A stretch of DNA of 64,000 nt from Octopus vulgaris (GCA_951406725.2 OX597831.1:31558001-31622000), one strand, 5' to 3'. Shown: positions 1 through 14,579, numbered from the stretch's first letter. Program-made: numbers and translations. Notes: generated by a model from the sequence alone, not told the origin.

Positions 1-644
1 TGATTAATTATTTAATTGTTGAGCACTTTCCTGCTGTTTAATAAAGCCAACAAGGTTAGACCTCTGTGTGATCACTAGCCTTGCTAGAAACAGAAGATAA
101 ACCTCCCTCAAATGACACTGTCATCATCATAACAACATCCGCTTTTCCATACTTACTTGGGTCGCACGAGATGTTGAGGCAAAATTTCTATGGCTGGATA
201 CTCTTCCTGTTGCCAACTCTCATTTGTTTCTGAGCAAAGAAATGTTCCCCCTCCCCACCGAATAAGGTACCTGCCCAAAATCCAAATCCAATGATAATGA
301 TAATAATGTTGAGACTAAATTTCTATGGCAAAAGGCCAGCAAGTTCAGGTAGGGGGTTATTCAATTACATCGACTCCAATACTCAACTGGGGTCTATTTT
401 ATCAATCCCAAAGGACCCCAGTGGAATTTGAACTCAGAACGTAAAGACACATGAAATGCTGCTTCTGCCTTAACAATGACAATGATGATGATGATAATAA
501 TAATAATCCTTTCTTTTAAGGTGCAAAAAGCCTGAAATTTTGCTGGAGGTGGGGGCTAGTTGATTACATTGACCCCAGTGTGTAACTGGTACTTCTTTCA
601 TTGACTTTGAAAGGATGAAAGGCAAAGCCAACCTTGCTGTAATT

Positions 645-863
645 CAGTGGTTTTCAACCAGGGTTCTGCGGAACCTTACGGTTCTGCCAGTACAGTCCAG
701 GGGTTCCGCAAGAAGTTACAAAACTGCTAAAATTGGCAGTAATTTTTAATTCTCCTGTGCAGATATGTGTGCATAAGACTATTAAATTATTGCACAGGCG
801 TTCCTTGAGCCAGTGGAATGTTTCCTTTGGGTTCCGCTCCAGCAAAAAGTTTGAAAAGCACTG
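645..863. mobile_element. hAT-type MITE inserted in a SINE
   Basis: TIRs CAGTGGTTTTCAA / TTGAAAAGCACTG; perfect 8-bp TSD CTGTAATT (637-644, 864-871). Confidence 0.85.
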
Positions 864-1487
864 CTGTAATTTGAACTCAGAATGTCAAACTGGAAGAGAT
901 GCTGCTAAGCATTTTGTCCAGCATTCTAACCACTCTGCCAGCTCACTGCCTCAGTAATAATAATAATAAGAAGAAGAATCCTTTCTACTGAAGGCACAAG
1001 GCCTGAAGTTTGGGGAGGCGGAAAAACGGGGCTAATAATAATGATAAGCTCCAGCTTACCAGGGTCTTTTCCAACAGTTGAACAGCTTAGATGAGAAGTA
1101 AATAGGCTGCCATGTTGTTTGCCTCATTAATGTGGGGAGGAGTGGGGACCGAAGGGACTGACTACATTATCAGCATCACCATCACTATCACCATCTTTAC
1201 CTTCACCTCCATCAATATTAGTCATCATCCCCACCACCAATAACAGTATCATCATCATCATTATCATCACCGTTATTGACGTCAGTGGCTGGGGTGGTGT
1301 TGGAAGGCATACCCTTTGAAGTTGTACTGAATCATACTGCAGCATGCACTGGTACACGCACGCACATATGCACTCTGTAATTTACACGCATACGTGAACG
1401 CAAATGCGCATAAGCATAAACACTATATACATTACACACACACACATAATGTAGAATAAGACAATACATGATAGTGGCTGTGATCTA

Positions 1488-1585
1488 TGTATATGTATAT
1501 ATGTATATGTGTATATGTATATATGTATATGTATATATGTGTATGTATATGTGTATATGTATATGTGTATATGTATATATATATA

Positions 1586-1629
<44 letters not shown>

Positions 1630-2071
1630 GCGTGTATTAAATTTTTAACATGGATATGTCTACACTAATAAGACTATGCCAACACTAATCTATATATACA
1701 TGTGTGTATATATTAAGTATTAAAACTAAGTTTGATATACAATAGTCAGAGTACCATAACATTTGTTAAAACTATCATTACTACTATGAATGTGTTGACA
1801 CTAACTTGGCCATTATTTCCCCGAGTATACAAAAACCCATATAAATGTGTGTGTGTGTGCGTGCGTGTGTTTATACAGACAAAGAGGGAACCCAGATAGA
1901 TTTCCCTCATCAAATCATCAATATTGTATACACACTGCACGCATGCGCGCGCACACACACAGGTATACATTTATATAAGTGTGTATGTATGTATATATAG
2001 GCACACAACATTTTGCACACTCACATAAACCCTGTAATGGTACCACTTGTATATGTGTGTGTGTATGTATA

Positions 2072-2114
<43 letters not shown>

Positions 2115-2624
2115 ATGTGTGTGTGTGTGTGTATGTATGTTTGTATGTATGTACGTGTGTGTATGTATGTATGTGTGTATGTGTATATATGTACATGTGT
2201 GTGTATGTGTATATATATATATCCACATGTATCCAAACAACAACCATTCATTCAGTGCTTTTATGAAATAACTTCGACACACATACACTTACAGATAGAT
2301 AGATATATACGTACACACATACATTCAAACATGCATATATTATACATTCAGATGTGTGTGTGTGTGTGTGTATGTATGCACACATCTAAAGAAGCATACA
2401 TACACTGATCATCATAGAGGCAGTTACAGTGATGGCGTGTGCTTGTGTGTGTGTGTGTGTGTCTGTAGTAAAACAGCTTCCCATTCATAGAAGGTGTGTA
2501 TATATATGTGTGAGTGTCTGTGTGTCAGTGTTTGTGTTGATACTATCTGACGTAGCAGCGTTTATGAATGACAACCTGTTAATTTAATTACTGATTTCAC
2601 CCAACACACTTCACCCCTGCCCCA

Positions 2625-2664
<40 letters not shown>

Positions 2665-2799
2665 ACGTGTACACCTACACAGATTTGTGTTTAGTTGCAT
2701 GTCATGAATGTAAGTAATTTAAGAATTCATGATGTTGTTTGTTTACTATAGTCTCTGTGTATAACAAAACCCACATTCTCTTGTCTTTATATAAAGACA

Positions 2800-2841
<42 letters not shown>

Positions 2842-3181
2842 ATAAATGTATATATAATAAATGTATATATATAATATATGTATATATAATGTAAATATAA
2901 TAAATGTATATATAATAAATATATATATATATATGTATATATATATTTGTATATATAATATATATATATTTGTATATATAATATATATATATATGTATAT
3001 ATATATATGTATATCCAACCCATGCTAGCGTGGAAAACGGACATTAAATGATGATGATGATGTATATATATGTATATATTATATATCATCATCATCATCA
3101 TCATCGTTTAACGTCCGTTTTCCGTGCTAGCACGGGTTGATATAATATATATGTATATATAATATGCAGGTATATATAATA

Positions 3182-3226
<45 letters not shown>

Positions 3227-3951
3227 GTATGTGTGTCTAATTATTGAAATATAGTTTTGTATGTATTGAGAGGTCTGTCTTTTTTGTTTATACACTTCAA
3301 CATGTGTGTGTCTTTACACACACACACACACACACACACATACACTGCAAATGGTTTTTTTTCTATTGTTTCATTTCGCACAAAGAAAAATCTATATTAA
3401 GTTGTTTTGACATAACATACACTGTTACATTCATTCACAAATATACAGAGGCATTATATACACACTCAGACACACAGACAGACACACCTACACATCTACA
3501 AATGATGGTGATGATGACGATAAAGTACTCATGACATGGATGAAAGCATGTAGTCTATTAATCCCATGTATAAGCTGTGCTTGATATTAGTTCCCGCACA
3601 CTGCTTTTTTTTTTTTTTTCAGTTAAATTTATGTACAAAATTTATGTACAAAACTCATACAGAAATGCAGTCGCAGTGACAACAATGATGGGGGGCGGGG
3701 TTAGGGGTAGTCATGATAGTGGAGGCAGTGGTGTTGATGATGATGATGATGGTTATTGCAATAGTGATAATGCTGGTGACGATGATGATTGTGGTGACAA
3801 TGATGATGATGATGATGATGATAAATAATATCACACTTCAGTCTTTGAAATATTCCTTCATCTTTATCTTCAAAGGAAAGAATATATATATATATATATA
3901 TATATGTATACACACACACACACACATATATACATATATATATGTATGTAT

Positions 3952-3983
<32 letters not shown>

Positions 3984-4020
3984 GTATATATATATGTATG
4001 TGTATATATATATGTATGTG

Positions 4021-4065
<45 letters not shown>

Positions 4066-4120
4066 ACATATATTTATGTATGTGTGTATATATATATATA
4101 CACACACACACATATATATT
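1488..4120. repeat. Dense (TA)n/(TG)n/(TATG)n/(GAT)n microsatellite field; similar blocks at 20960-21250, 21880-21975, 29900-30060 and elsewhere
   Basis: Seen directly; source of most YI/CV/HT-repeat ORFs in the track. Confidence 0.95.
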
Positions 4121-5173
4121 ACAACTAAGTTTTAGTAGAGAAAATGTCTTGCCAAAACATCTCGCCCCTCTTCCTTTCTCTCACCCCCTTCTTCATAATT
4201 CTCTCTCTTCTGCCCCCCCCCCTGACTACCGTCTCTCCTTCTCTCTCAATAGTTACTTTCTTGAAATATTGACCAATTCCATGCATTGGCACATTTCCAT
4301 TTCTCATCATTATACACGGATACATATAATATATACACACATGCATACATATACGAGAAAGTGTGTGTGTGTGTGACCAATTCTGAAACCATTTATCTTC
4401 TGCAACTCTTAAATTGCAGCTGGCACATGAGAAATTATCTTGTGTGTGATTATATTTGCACAGTTGTGTGTGTGTGTGTATGTTTATGTATAGAACATGT
4501 GTACGTGAAATATGTTTTATAACACAATATACATGTGTTGTGTATGTATTATAGTTCATATGATATAGATAGATAGATCTATTATATCATATAAACTGAA
4601 TATATATATATATATATTCTCAACCAAAACCGTCTGACAAACTGGAACGTGAAACCCTGAGTAACAGATTTTGTGATGTCTTTGCAACTTCATTAATAAA
4701 GTATATATATATATATATATATGTATGTATATATATATATATATATATAAAGAATATATAATATATATATATGTACACACACACACAGAGGGTGGGGGGA
4801 TTCTTTTCTTAAAGAGAAGGACATCATTCCATCTAGTCTTTGATAGGTCACATAACCAATTCAGGTTACTTTGCTGTTTGGTCATATTAGTAGCTTGAGA
4901 GAGGAAATGCACAGGCAAAGAAACGGAGGCCCAGTGGGATGCATTCTGGTGAAGAAGGATAGAACCATGATAAGTATTGCAATAATGATAAAATCCAATT
5001 CACTCTCCTTTCAAGGTGATAAAAAAAAGAATACTGGGGTTGATGCAATTGAGTACATCCTTCAGATTGGTGCTCCAGCATGGCCATTGTCCAGTGAGTG
5101 AAAGCAGTAAAAAAAAATCATACAGATATTGTGCATGTGTGTATGTATTAACGTATATCCTGTTTTATTTCAG

Positions 5174-5307
5174 ATATCAAAGTGGAATTCCGATTTTCTA
5201 TCTGCGATGAAGTTGATCACATGATAGATTCAGAATACCATCCACCTTTGGATTTTTTTGACATCTCAAACCAACGTTTTGCAGAACAACTCACCTGTAA
5301 AGATGCT
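5174..5307 (+). CDS. RGL1: RGL/RalGDS exon (DIKVEFRF...AEQLTCKDA), start of CDC25 domain
   Basis: tttcag acceptor, gtaagt donor, 134 nt; AEQLT motif. Confidence 0.9.
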
Positions 5308-8300
5308 GTAAGTTTTTAAAACTGATTTCCCTCACATCCCATTCTTCTCAAATCTGTATTCTCTCTCTCCCTTTGATTGTATTTGCTTATAGACATATAT
5401 ATACATGTGTGTAGCTGTGCATGTATGTATTTATATTTATCCATGTATATACATAAAATATACACATGCAGCTTATAATACAATTATATACATTCTATTT
5501 GTTGTATTGAGTCCTTTAATTTCTTCTGTGTATTTACATATATGTGTGTGTGTGTATACTTATCTATATTTGTCTATCAGTTTGTCTCTGTCACTCTCTG
5601 CATGCATCTATCTGTGTGTGTGTGTATATTACGAACAACAGTTTCAATTGACAAATGATGTGATTTTGTTTCTCTCCACAGTTTTTGTTCCGTAAAGTCA
5701 TCCCCCACCATTGTCTGGGTGCCGTATGGGCAAGACGAGACCGAAAGAGCGGTCGGGAGCCACCAACTGTCTTAGCTACAATTGAACAATTCAATCGTGT
5801 TTCTCTTCGAGTCACAGCAACCATTTTAAAACAGTCAGAGCGAAAGGCTGCACGGGTCCGAGTCATCACGAAATGGATAGAAATTGCTATGGTAATTATT
5901 AATGTGAATTTTACGACATGATTATCTGTTAATTAGTTAGCCTAATCAATGTGAGATACATTGCAATGGATGGCAGTGTTGAATTTGATGTTATAGATTT
6001 TGTTACTGTGTAACCTCTACAAGTCTTCTTTGGCAGCTCAACATTATAACTAAAGAACTTCCACCTCTGAAAATACTTCAACATTATCACCTCTCCACAC
6101 TGTCTTTTTCCAGAGACACTGTTTATCTTGGAGTAATTTAATCTATGTCTTTTTTTTTAAAGCTGATTTAAGAGACTCCATCATCATTATCATCATCATC
6201 ATCATTTAACGTCCGTTTTCCGCGCTAGCACAGGTTGGACGGTTCGACCGGGGTCTGGGAAGCCAGGGGCTGCACCAGGCTCCAGTCTGATCTGGCAGTG
6301 TTTCTGCAGCTGGATGCCCTTCCTAACGCCAACCACTCCGCGAGTGTAGTTGGTGCTTTTTATGTGCCACCAGCACAGGTGCCAGGCAAGTCTGACATCG
6401 GCCACAATCAGTTGGTGCTTTTAACGTGCCACCGGCACGGAAGCCAGTCAAGGCAGCGCTGGCATCGGCCACGTTCGGATGGTGCTTTTTATGTGCCACC
6501 GGCACAGAAATATATGGAGTCTCTTAAATCAGCTTTAAAAAAAAAGACATAGACTAAATTATATATATATAAATATATATATATATATGTGCATATATAC
6601 ATACATATATTTGGTGTGTTGCAAAGGATATTTAACTATTATGTTTTGCTGGTCAAAAGACCATGCAGAGACTCCATGCATGTGTTAGAAATATTTGTTG
6701 CTGTACAATATGGAAACGGATGGCAGCAAATGCAGAGTACCCAGAGATAGATTAATTGTTAGATTTGGTGTGCAGAGAGCCAAGTCAGCTCCCCCCATCC
6801 TTGCATGTTATTTTTTTCTTTTACTTGTTTCAGTCATTGGGCTGCGACCATGCTGGGGCACTGCCTTGAAGTATTTTCAATCAAATAAATTGACCTTGGT
6901 ACTAAGCTTTATGTTAAGTTTGATAGTTATTTATTAGTGTTTTTTTGCCGAACTACTTAGTTACAGAGTGTGTTGGATCTCTGGTGTTGGACATGTGGAG
7001 CTGTATCACAATTTAACATGGTGGCATGAATCTATGGAGTGTGTGTGTGTGTATGTGTGTGTGTGTGAAAGGTATAGTATTATATGGCAGTGAAACGATG
7101 CACGGCCACTAAAGGGACAAGTTGTGTTTGTATGTGTGTATCAGAAGTGATTTCCATTACATTGATGGCTGAGAATTTGGAGGGATAGAGAAGAAAGGTT
7201 TCTGTTTTACAGTAAACATTTTGCGTAACTACATGTTAAATTTCTATCTGATGGTGACATTCATTTAATTTCCATTATGATTTTATTTTCAGGAACTTCG
7301 AGATCTTAAAAATTTTTCCTCCCTCAAAGCCATTATCTCAGGACTTCAAGCACATCCTGTTTATCGACTACGGAAGACCTGGGCAGCTGTCCCAAAGTAA
7401 GTTGATGTTTCATTCTTGGAGAATAATTAATCTTGCTTCAGATGGTAGACTTGCTAGTTGGCACCAATAGAAATTCCTTGTTGTAAATTCATGTGGAAGT
7501 GGAAGACACATTTTCATTTTGAAATGTCCTGAAATTTGAAGGTTCTGAGTAGAAATTAGCCTCATCATCATCATCATCATTTAGCGTCCGCTTTCCATGC
7601 TAGCATGGGTTGGACGGTTCAACTGGAGTCTGTGAAGCCAGAAGGCTGCATCAGGCCCAGTCTGATCTGGCAGTGTTTCTACGGCTGGATGCCCTTCCTA
7701 ATGCCAACCACTCCGTGAGTGTAGTGGGTGCTTTTTACGTGCCACCCGCACAGGTGCCAGACGGAGCTGGCAAACGGTCACGAACGGATGGTGCTTTTAC
7801 GTGCCACCGGCACGAAGGCCAGTCGGGGCGGCGCTGGCAACAGCTACGATCGGATGATTCGCTTAACCACTGCTGCAATTTCCATTGATGTTGATCAACG
7901 TGGAAATTTGGTCGGGCAGTTTGCATTCTGTTTGGAATATGGCTCCACATTGCAAAAGATTCCTCAACAGAACTGTCACAGACTCTTATTTCTTATGTCA
8001 TAAAGTTGTGGTTTACTGCTGTTTCTTCTTACACCTTTATTGTTAGTCACCTGATCTGTTGTATTATTTTCTCATTTCAATGTACACACACAGATGGACG
8101 GCATGGACTATCATCATCATCATTTAACGTCCATCTTCCAAGCTGGCATGGGTTGGACAATTTGACAGGAACAGGCAGATGACTGCACCGAGCTCCACTG
8201 CCTTCTGTTTTGGCATGGTTTTATGGCTGGATGCTCCTCCTAGTGCCAACCACTTTACAGAGTGGACTGGGTGTTTTGGCACCAATACTGGTGAGAGCTG

Positions 8301-8484
8301 GATGCCTTTCCTAGTGTGAAATACTTTACAGAATGTACTGGGTACTCTTTACTTAGCGCCAACAACAGTGATGTCTGCTTTGGCAGGGTTTTTACTGTTG
8401 GAAAACTGTAACTGTATGATATATTATTATTATATATATATATATACATTTTTATGCATATATACATACATATATGTACATACC

Positions 8485-8536
<52 letters not shown>

Positions 8537-9913
8537 CATGCATATATGGGTACAGGACATAAAAAAAAACATGAACAAAAAGAAAAACCTCAGCTCATCA
8601 CAGTCCTTTGACACTGAAGTGTGGGTGATCTTTGTCTGCTGGCCAGGAAGTTGTTGGGTGGACATGGTTGAAAGATTTTGAGGACAGTTGCTTTTCCTCT
8701 TAAGCTAAACTGTCAACTTCTTCAAATACTGCTTGGAGAGGAAGTTGAGGGTAGACGTTGGGGGGAGTTGTTCTTGATGTTTAAGAAAGGCCATCCATGT
8801 TGCTGTTTCTCATTTGTTGTTGTTATCGTGGTTGCCATCCTTTTACTCCATGTAAATACTACCCCAACCATCACCACCACCACCACCATTACCATCACAC
8901 TATTGTTTGATGCTTAGATTTCACCTTTGTACTGCCCCAACATCCTGGGCCATTAGGGCCAATAAAAGAAATGATCATCATTTATTTATTTATTTATTTA
9001 TCTATTTCACAGAGAAACTCTTGCCCTCTTTGAAGAATTATCAGAGCTTTGTTCCGAAGAAAACAACCAAATTGCCTCACGGGAAATTCTAATGAAGGTA
9101 CTAAATAGTTTTTTTTTTTAATTTTCTTTTTTTATGACAGTCTCTTGTAGCCTTAATTCGATAATACCTCTGATTACATGTCTCTCTCTCTCTCCCTTCC
9201 ACAAACTCATACACATGTGCTTGTGTGTGTGTGTGTGTATTATTTATCCCTTGCTCAAACCTGATTAGAGACCATCAATTCATGACCATCCCATTTTTCA
9301 TTCAGGTAAACTCTCACCTGTGTCCTTAGGTGAGATTTTGCTGCCATTTCTTTCATTAAAGTGTGGTGTATCCATATCCTTCTTTTCTAAGATTCTGGAG
9401 AGATTTCGGGTGACCATGTTAAAAGACCAAATTATTGCCCTAGCTTGTGTGTGTGTGTGTTATTGTTGTTCTTGCTTCTCTATAAGTCAGACCTAATCCA
9501 GTAGGATTCCAGATGTGACCATCACATCTCTTTAGAGATATCTTGGATCACTTATTCATCCCCTGTCCTCTTATCCCTACTCACGTATTTCCAGCATCTA
9601 TAAGCGTTAAGCGTCAAACCGACCAGTCTTGGAGGGCCTGCCAGGTCATGGAGGCTGCATGTTCCTCTAGATTCAGCAAATATGAAAGAGAAAAAGATAT
9701 GATTTGCAAAAAGTGTAGCTGCTCTTTCTAGCAGATCAGGTTGTTGTATAAAGGTTTGAGTTTCTGTATGTGCCAGTTGGCAGATGTATATGTTTCTATG
9801 TGGGTGTTATCCATGAAGCTATATAAAGATATATATTCGAATATGTGTATACTGTATACACATACATGCATATTGCTTCACACTCCCTCACTTTCATTTA
9901 TATACACACACAC

Positions 9914-9944
<31 letters not shown>

Positions 9945-12548
9945 GATGTACAACATACAAATAACATACATATATTTATATACATACATATATATACATG
10001 CATAATATGGCTTCGTATAATATTTGCATCTTGAAATGCAATCCTCTATGATAACTAACATGATTTTTTTCTTTATTTCTTCATATTCTCCTCGTTTGCA
10101 GGAAGCAACTGCCAAGTTCCCTGATTTAGAGTGTAGCAACAAGACACTGAAGAAGAAGAACATGTTAAAACGACAGTCTTGGATTGAGAAGGTAAGTGGT
10201 TTCTCAGCAGATCACTGAATAGACATAAGGAAATGCCGGATCTTTTCCTTTTGAACGGCTGTTTGTAACATAATTTCTAGGTAACTAAAAAATGTTAAAC
10301 TTCGTATACTGGTAGAATGTGTTTATAAAACATCATTTTCTCTTGGCTTTATTGAGAAAATTCTATAGGTTGTAACATATTTTGTCTAAAATTTCCTGCA
10401 TTTCGGCAATTTTAACCAATCACTGGCGTCCATTTAGGTAAATAACATTCTGTGCATAATGAATATGTCATCTCCTTTAAGAAACAGATTGGGTTTATTT
10501 ACATTTGTGAAGAAAAAAGATACCCTTCCCCCACCCCTAACCCTGACTAACCTTAACTCTAATCCTAAATCTAAAATAGAATGAAATGCAATAGATCGAC
10601 ACTAGGGTTATAATTATGGGTGACAATTTCATACGACACAGCTATAAAAACTTAGCGGTGTCGTATGAAATTGTCACCCATAATTATAACCCTAGTATCG
10701 ATCTATTGCATTTCAATCTATTTTAGATTTAGGATTAGAGTTAGGGTTAGGGGTGGAGGAAGGGTATCTTTTTTCTTCACAAATAGAAATATGGTAACAA
10801 AAAGAATTAAAAATTGGACAAAATGATAATAATATGGATGGCTGTTGTATCCCCCCCAGTACACCCCTCTCTCTCTCTCTCATATCACCATTTAGAAATG
10901 GTTATGTAAATCTCCTCACTCTCTTCCTTTCTCTTTCAATTTTTAGGGTATCATCCAAGGAACTGTCCCCTATTTGGGTACATTCTTGACTGACCTCACA
11001 ATGATGGACACAGCGATGCCTGATGTCACAGAAAACATTCAGATTAACTTTGAGAAAAAACGCAAAGAATTTGAAGTTCTTGCCCAAATCAAACTGCTAC
11101 AGTTGGCTGCCCAGATTTACCATTTCAAAGACGACACACAGTTTTGGTTATGGTTTGATGCCATCAGAGTGTATGATGAAAATGAAAGGTAAATTTTACC
11201 ATTTCTCTTTTTCATTTTTACATTTATGTATTATCTGCTTCTTGAGTTTAGAGTGGAATGATAAAGTTCCTTGTATTTAGATAGTTTCCTTTTCATTCTG
11301 AGTTCAGACCCCACAGGGGTCAATGTTAATTGCCCATACGCCTCCCTTGCAAATTTGTGGTCTGGGACCACAATAATATTTATGCTACAGTCACTTCCTT
11401 CTTGATACGGTTCACTAGTTCATATGTGGTATTTTCCAGATTTAATGTCACTCCCTGTTCATGATTGATACCCGCCTCTTGTGAGGAAACTCTCTGGTAG
11501 TATCTAACATCAGCTTCATCAATCTTTAATCTCTTTCAGCCATGATCTGTCTTGTATAATTGAACCTCCAACAGATGAAGTCAAGATTAAAAAGAAATCA
11601 GCCAGGTAGGTTGTTGTTTTTACTTGGAAAGGCATTCATGCCACACACCTCCAGTCTCTACTTCTTATTGTGCTCTCTCTCTTTACATCTGAGCTCTTCA
11701 GTTTAGTCAAAAGCAATCATTATCATCATTAATGATATTATTATTATTATTATTATTCATCGTTTAACGTCTGTTCTCCATGCTAGCATGGGTTGGACGG
11801 TTCAACCGGGGATCTGGGAAGCCAGAAGGCTGCACCAGGCTTCAGTCTGATCTGGCAGTGTTTCTACAGCTGGATACCCTTCCTAACGCCAACCACTCCG
11901 TGAGTGTAAATAATAATAATAATAATAATAATAATAAGGGTGAAAAGCAGCAAGCTAGCAGAATCATTAGCAAGCCAGGCCAAATGCTTAGCAGCATTCC
12001 ATCCCCCTTTATGTTCTGAATTCAAATTCTACCAAGGTCACCTTTGTCCTTCATCCTTTCGGGGCCAATGAGATAAGTACCAGTTGAGAACTGAGGGTCA
12101 ATGTAATTGACTTACCCCCCCCCCAAGATTGCCGGCTTTGTGCTAAAACTTGAAAGCATTATCATCATCATTATCATCATCACCATGGGTGGAATTGTTA
12201 GAGTGACTAACAAAATACCTTGGGGTATTTATTTGCAGCCCTTTCCATTCTGAGTTCATATCCTGCTGAGGTCATCTTTTGTCTTTTCATCCTTCTGTAG
12301 TCAATAAATTACTAATAAAGTGCTGGAGTTGATATAATCATCCATGGCACGTGCACACGCGCGCACACACACACACACACACATACACCCCTATGATTGA
12401 TGTCTTTGTGGTATTATCATAAAAGACCTGTGGGCAGCTGAATGGTGCTTGAGTACTGGACAAAATGATGGCAGAGTGCCTGACAAAATTCCTTCTAGTA
12501 TTTACTATGCCACTTTAAATTCTGTGCTAAAGTGGAAATTCATTACTG

Positions 12549-12580
<32 letters not shown>

Positions 12581-14579
12581 GTTACTGCTGCTTCCACAAA
12601 AGAAAAAAAGAAAGTCAGCCAATACATTCTGCAAAATGGTTGGCATTAGGAAGAGCATCCAGTTCTAGAAACCATATCAAAGCAGATGTTGGAGCACGAT
12701 GCAGTCCTTGAACCCATCAGATCCTGTTAAACCATCCAACCTATGCCAGCATGGGTTGGATGGATATTAAAGACACTACAAGCAGCAGCTGTTTAGCACC
12801 ATACAATAGAAGTAAAATCTTGCTCAAACAAGCTCTTCATTTAGTTCCAATTCTAGCTAAAGCCATAACAGTAGCCACAGTTCTCGTTCCTATGAGAAAG
12901 TGCTACTATATATGTGTGTGTTTTCATTCAATTTGTATTAACATATGGGTTTGAATATAATTTAATTTTATATTTTTGTTTTCTTTTGAAACTCCAGTTT
13001 GGGTCATAAACCAAGCAAGTGGGACACTGCAAAACTACCTCAGTTTGTGTGCACCCACGACGATGGTCTCAGTGTAACCAGTTTGTCCGATTCACCAGTC
13101 TCTGTGTCAACAGGACCCCTTGTAAGTATAAATCAACACCAACTAGTTAAATACATTCCATTCCACAACCGCTCCCAACTTTTCATGAGCAACATGGCAT
13201 CTGTTTTTTCATGGAATCCCTTCTTACTGCCAACCTACTGCTAGATTTCCTTCCTACTGCCAACCTACTGCTGAAAATCCCACTTCCAGCCTGCTGCTAC
13301 AATCCTACTGCCAATCTCAGCCACATTAGACTGTACCAACACCTATTTTACAGGTAGATACAATGGTAGTGCGTCGTGATCAAAGTCAGGTTTTTTTTGT
13401 TTTCATAATGAAACCCCCAAACAGAAACCAGATCAATATGGTACCCACCCCTTGAGACAGACAAGGTCACCATGACAGGGGATTGAATAAATCTACTGGT
13501 TGTGTACAGTACAACTCCACCAACAGAACATTAATTTATACCTGTGGTTAAGTCCACAACTCAAGACTGCTGATTGTTGAGACTGAGTTTACAGGAGACT
13601 GTAGCCACCCCCAGAACCTCATAAGATATTTGGATAGACTTGAAACTGCAGCACACAGACAGAACTTGCTCTGAACTCCTCTACATCATTACAGTAGAAA
13701 CTCTTTTGAGAGTCAGAGCTTCTTCTTTGCACATCATTGTCCCCATCTCTTTTACGCAGATCTCTACTCGGTTTTCAATGCCTGCACATGTTAACCATGT
13801 CAGTTTCATCAGTCAGACAAAAAGAGAGGCCTGCTCCATCTACCCCATCCACTGCACAGAATAACTCAGCTAATAGAACATGTTACCCTGCATTTGTGTA
13901 CATGTTTTTAAATAACTGTTGACCTGTCATTTCTCTTTTTTCAGCTATACTGTTAACCATTGTCTATGTGTCAAGGACCTGCCTATCTGATAACCATTGT
14001 CTTATTGTCAACTATTGTCTGTCAATCACCTGTCTACCTGTCAACATATATTGTCAGTCCCCTGTCTGTCTATCAGATATTGTCAATCACTTATGTATCA
14101 ACTACTGTGTCTCTGTCAGTTAAATGTCTTGTGAATCCCTTATCTCTCCATCAGTCATTATTCATCAAATACCTGATTGTCAACTATTGTCTACCAAAAC
14201 CCATCTCCATATCCACTGCCTGTCTATGTCAACCATCTGTCAACCACCTGTCAGTCAACCACCCACCTGTCAACCATGTGTTTGTTAGCCATTCTGTATC
14301 TGACTGGTTTAGATTTCCCTTGAATGTCTTCCTTGACACAAATGGATTTCAAATAACTGTTAAGATTTCAAAAATACTGAGTTCTCATGGAGATTAGCTG
14401 CTGTGCTTTACACTGTTGATGTAATCGCGGTTATTGTTATAGTTGCTGTGGTGGTTGTTGTTGTTGTTATCATAGTGTTGTTGTCACGTTTGTTGCTTAT
14501 CTTTTTTGTTAGTTGGTAAGGTTTCAATTTTTTGGAGTATTTTGTTTTTATTAGTTTTCAGTGTACACAACAAGCGCAT

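Noticed and set aside
1468-4559. Many ORFs of YI/CV/HT/poly-M repeats, also near 20860-21355 and 29843-30088
   Set aside because: Translations of microsatellites; no coding signal.
6235-7888. Recurrent MDGSTGV...DALPNANHS ORFs (also 56368, 59025)
   Set aside because: Antisense translations of the RTE 3' UTR repeat, not a gene family.
10530-10760. Interstitial telomere
   Set aside because: Only a few degenerate CCCTAA units inside a transposon-like repeat.
13354-13365. Other microexon-like AG...GT pairs (13354-13365, 16112-16120, 18397-18417, 23146-23151)
   Set aside because: In frame, but donors are weak or a competing AG is present; expected by chance in 10 kb of intron.
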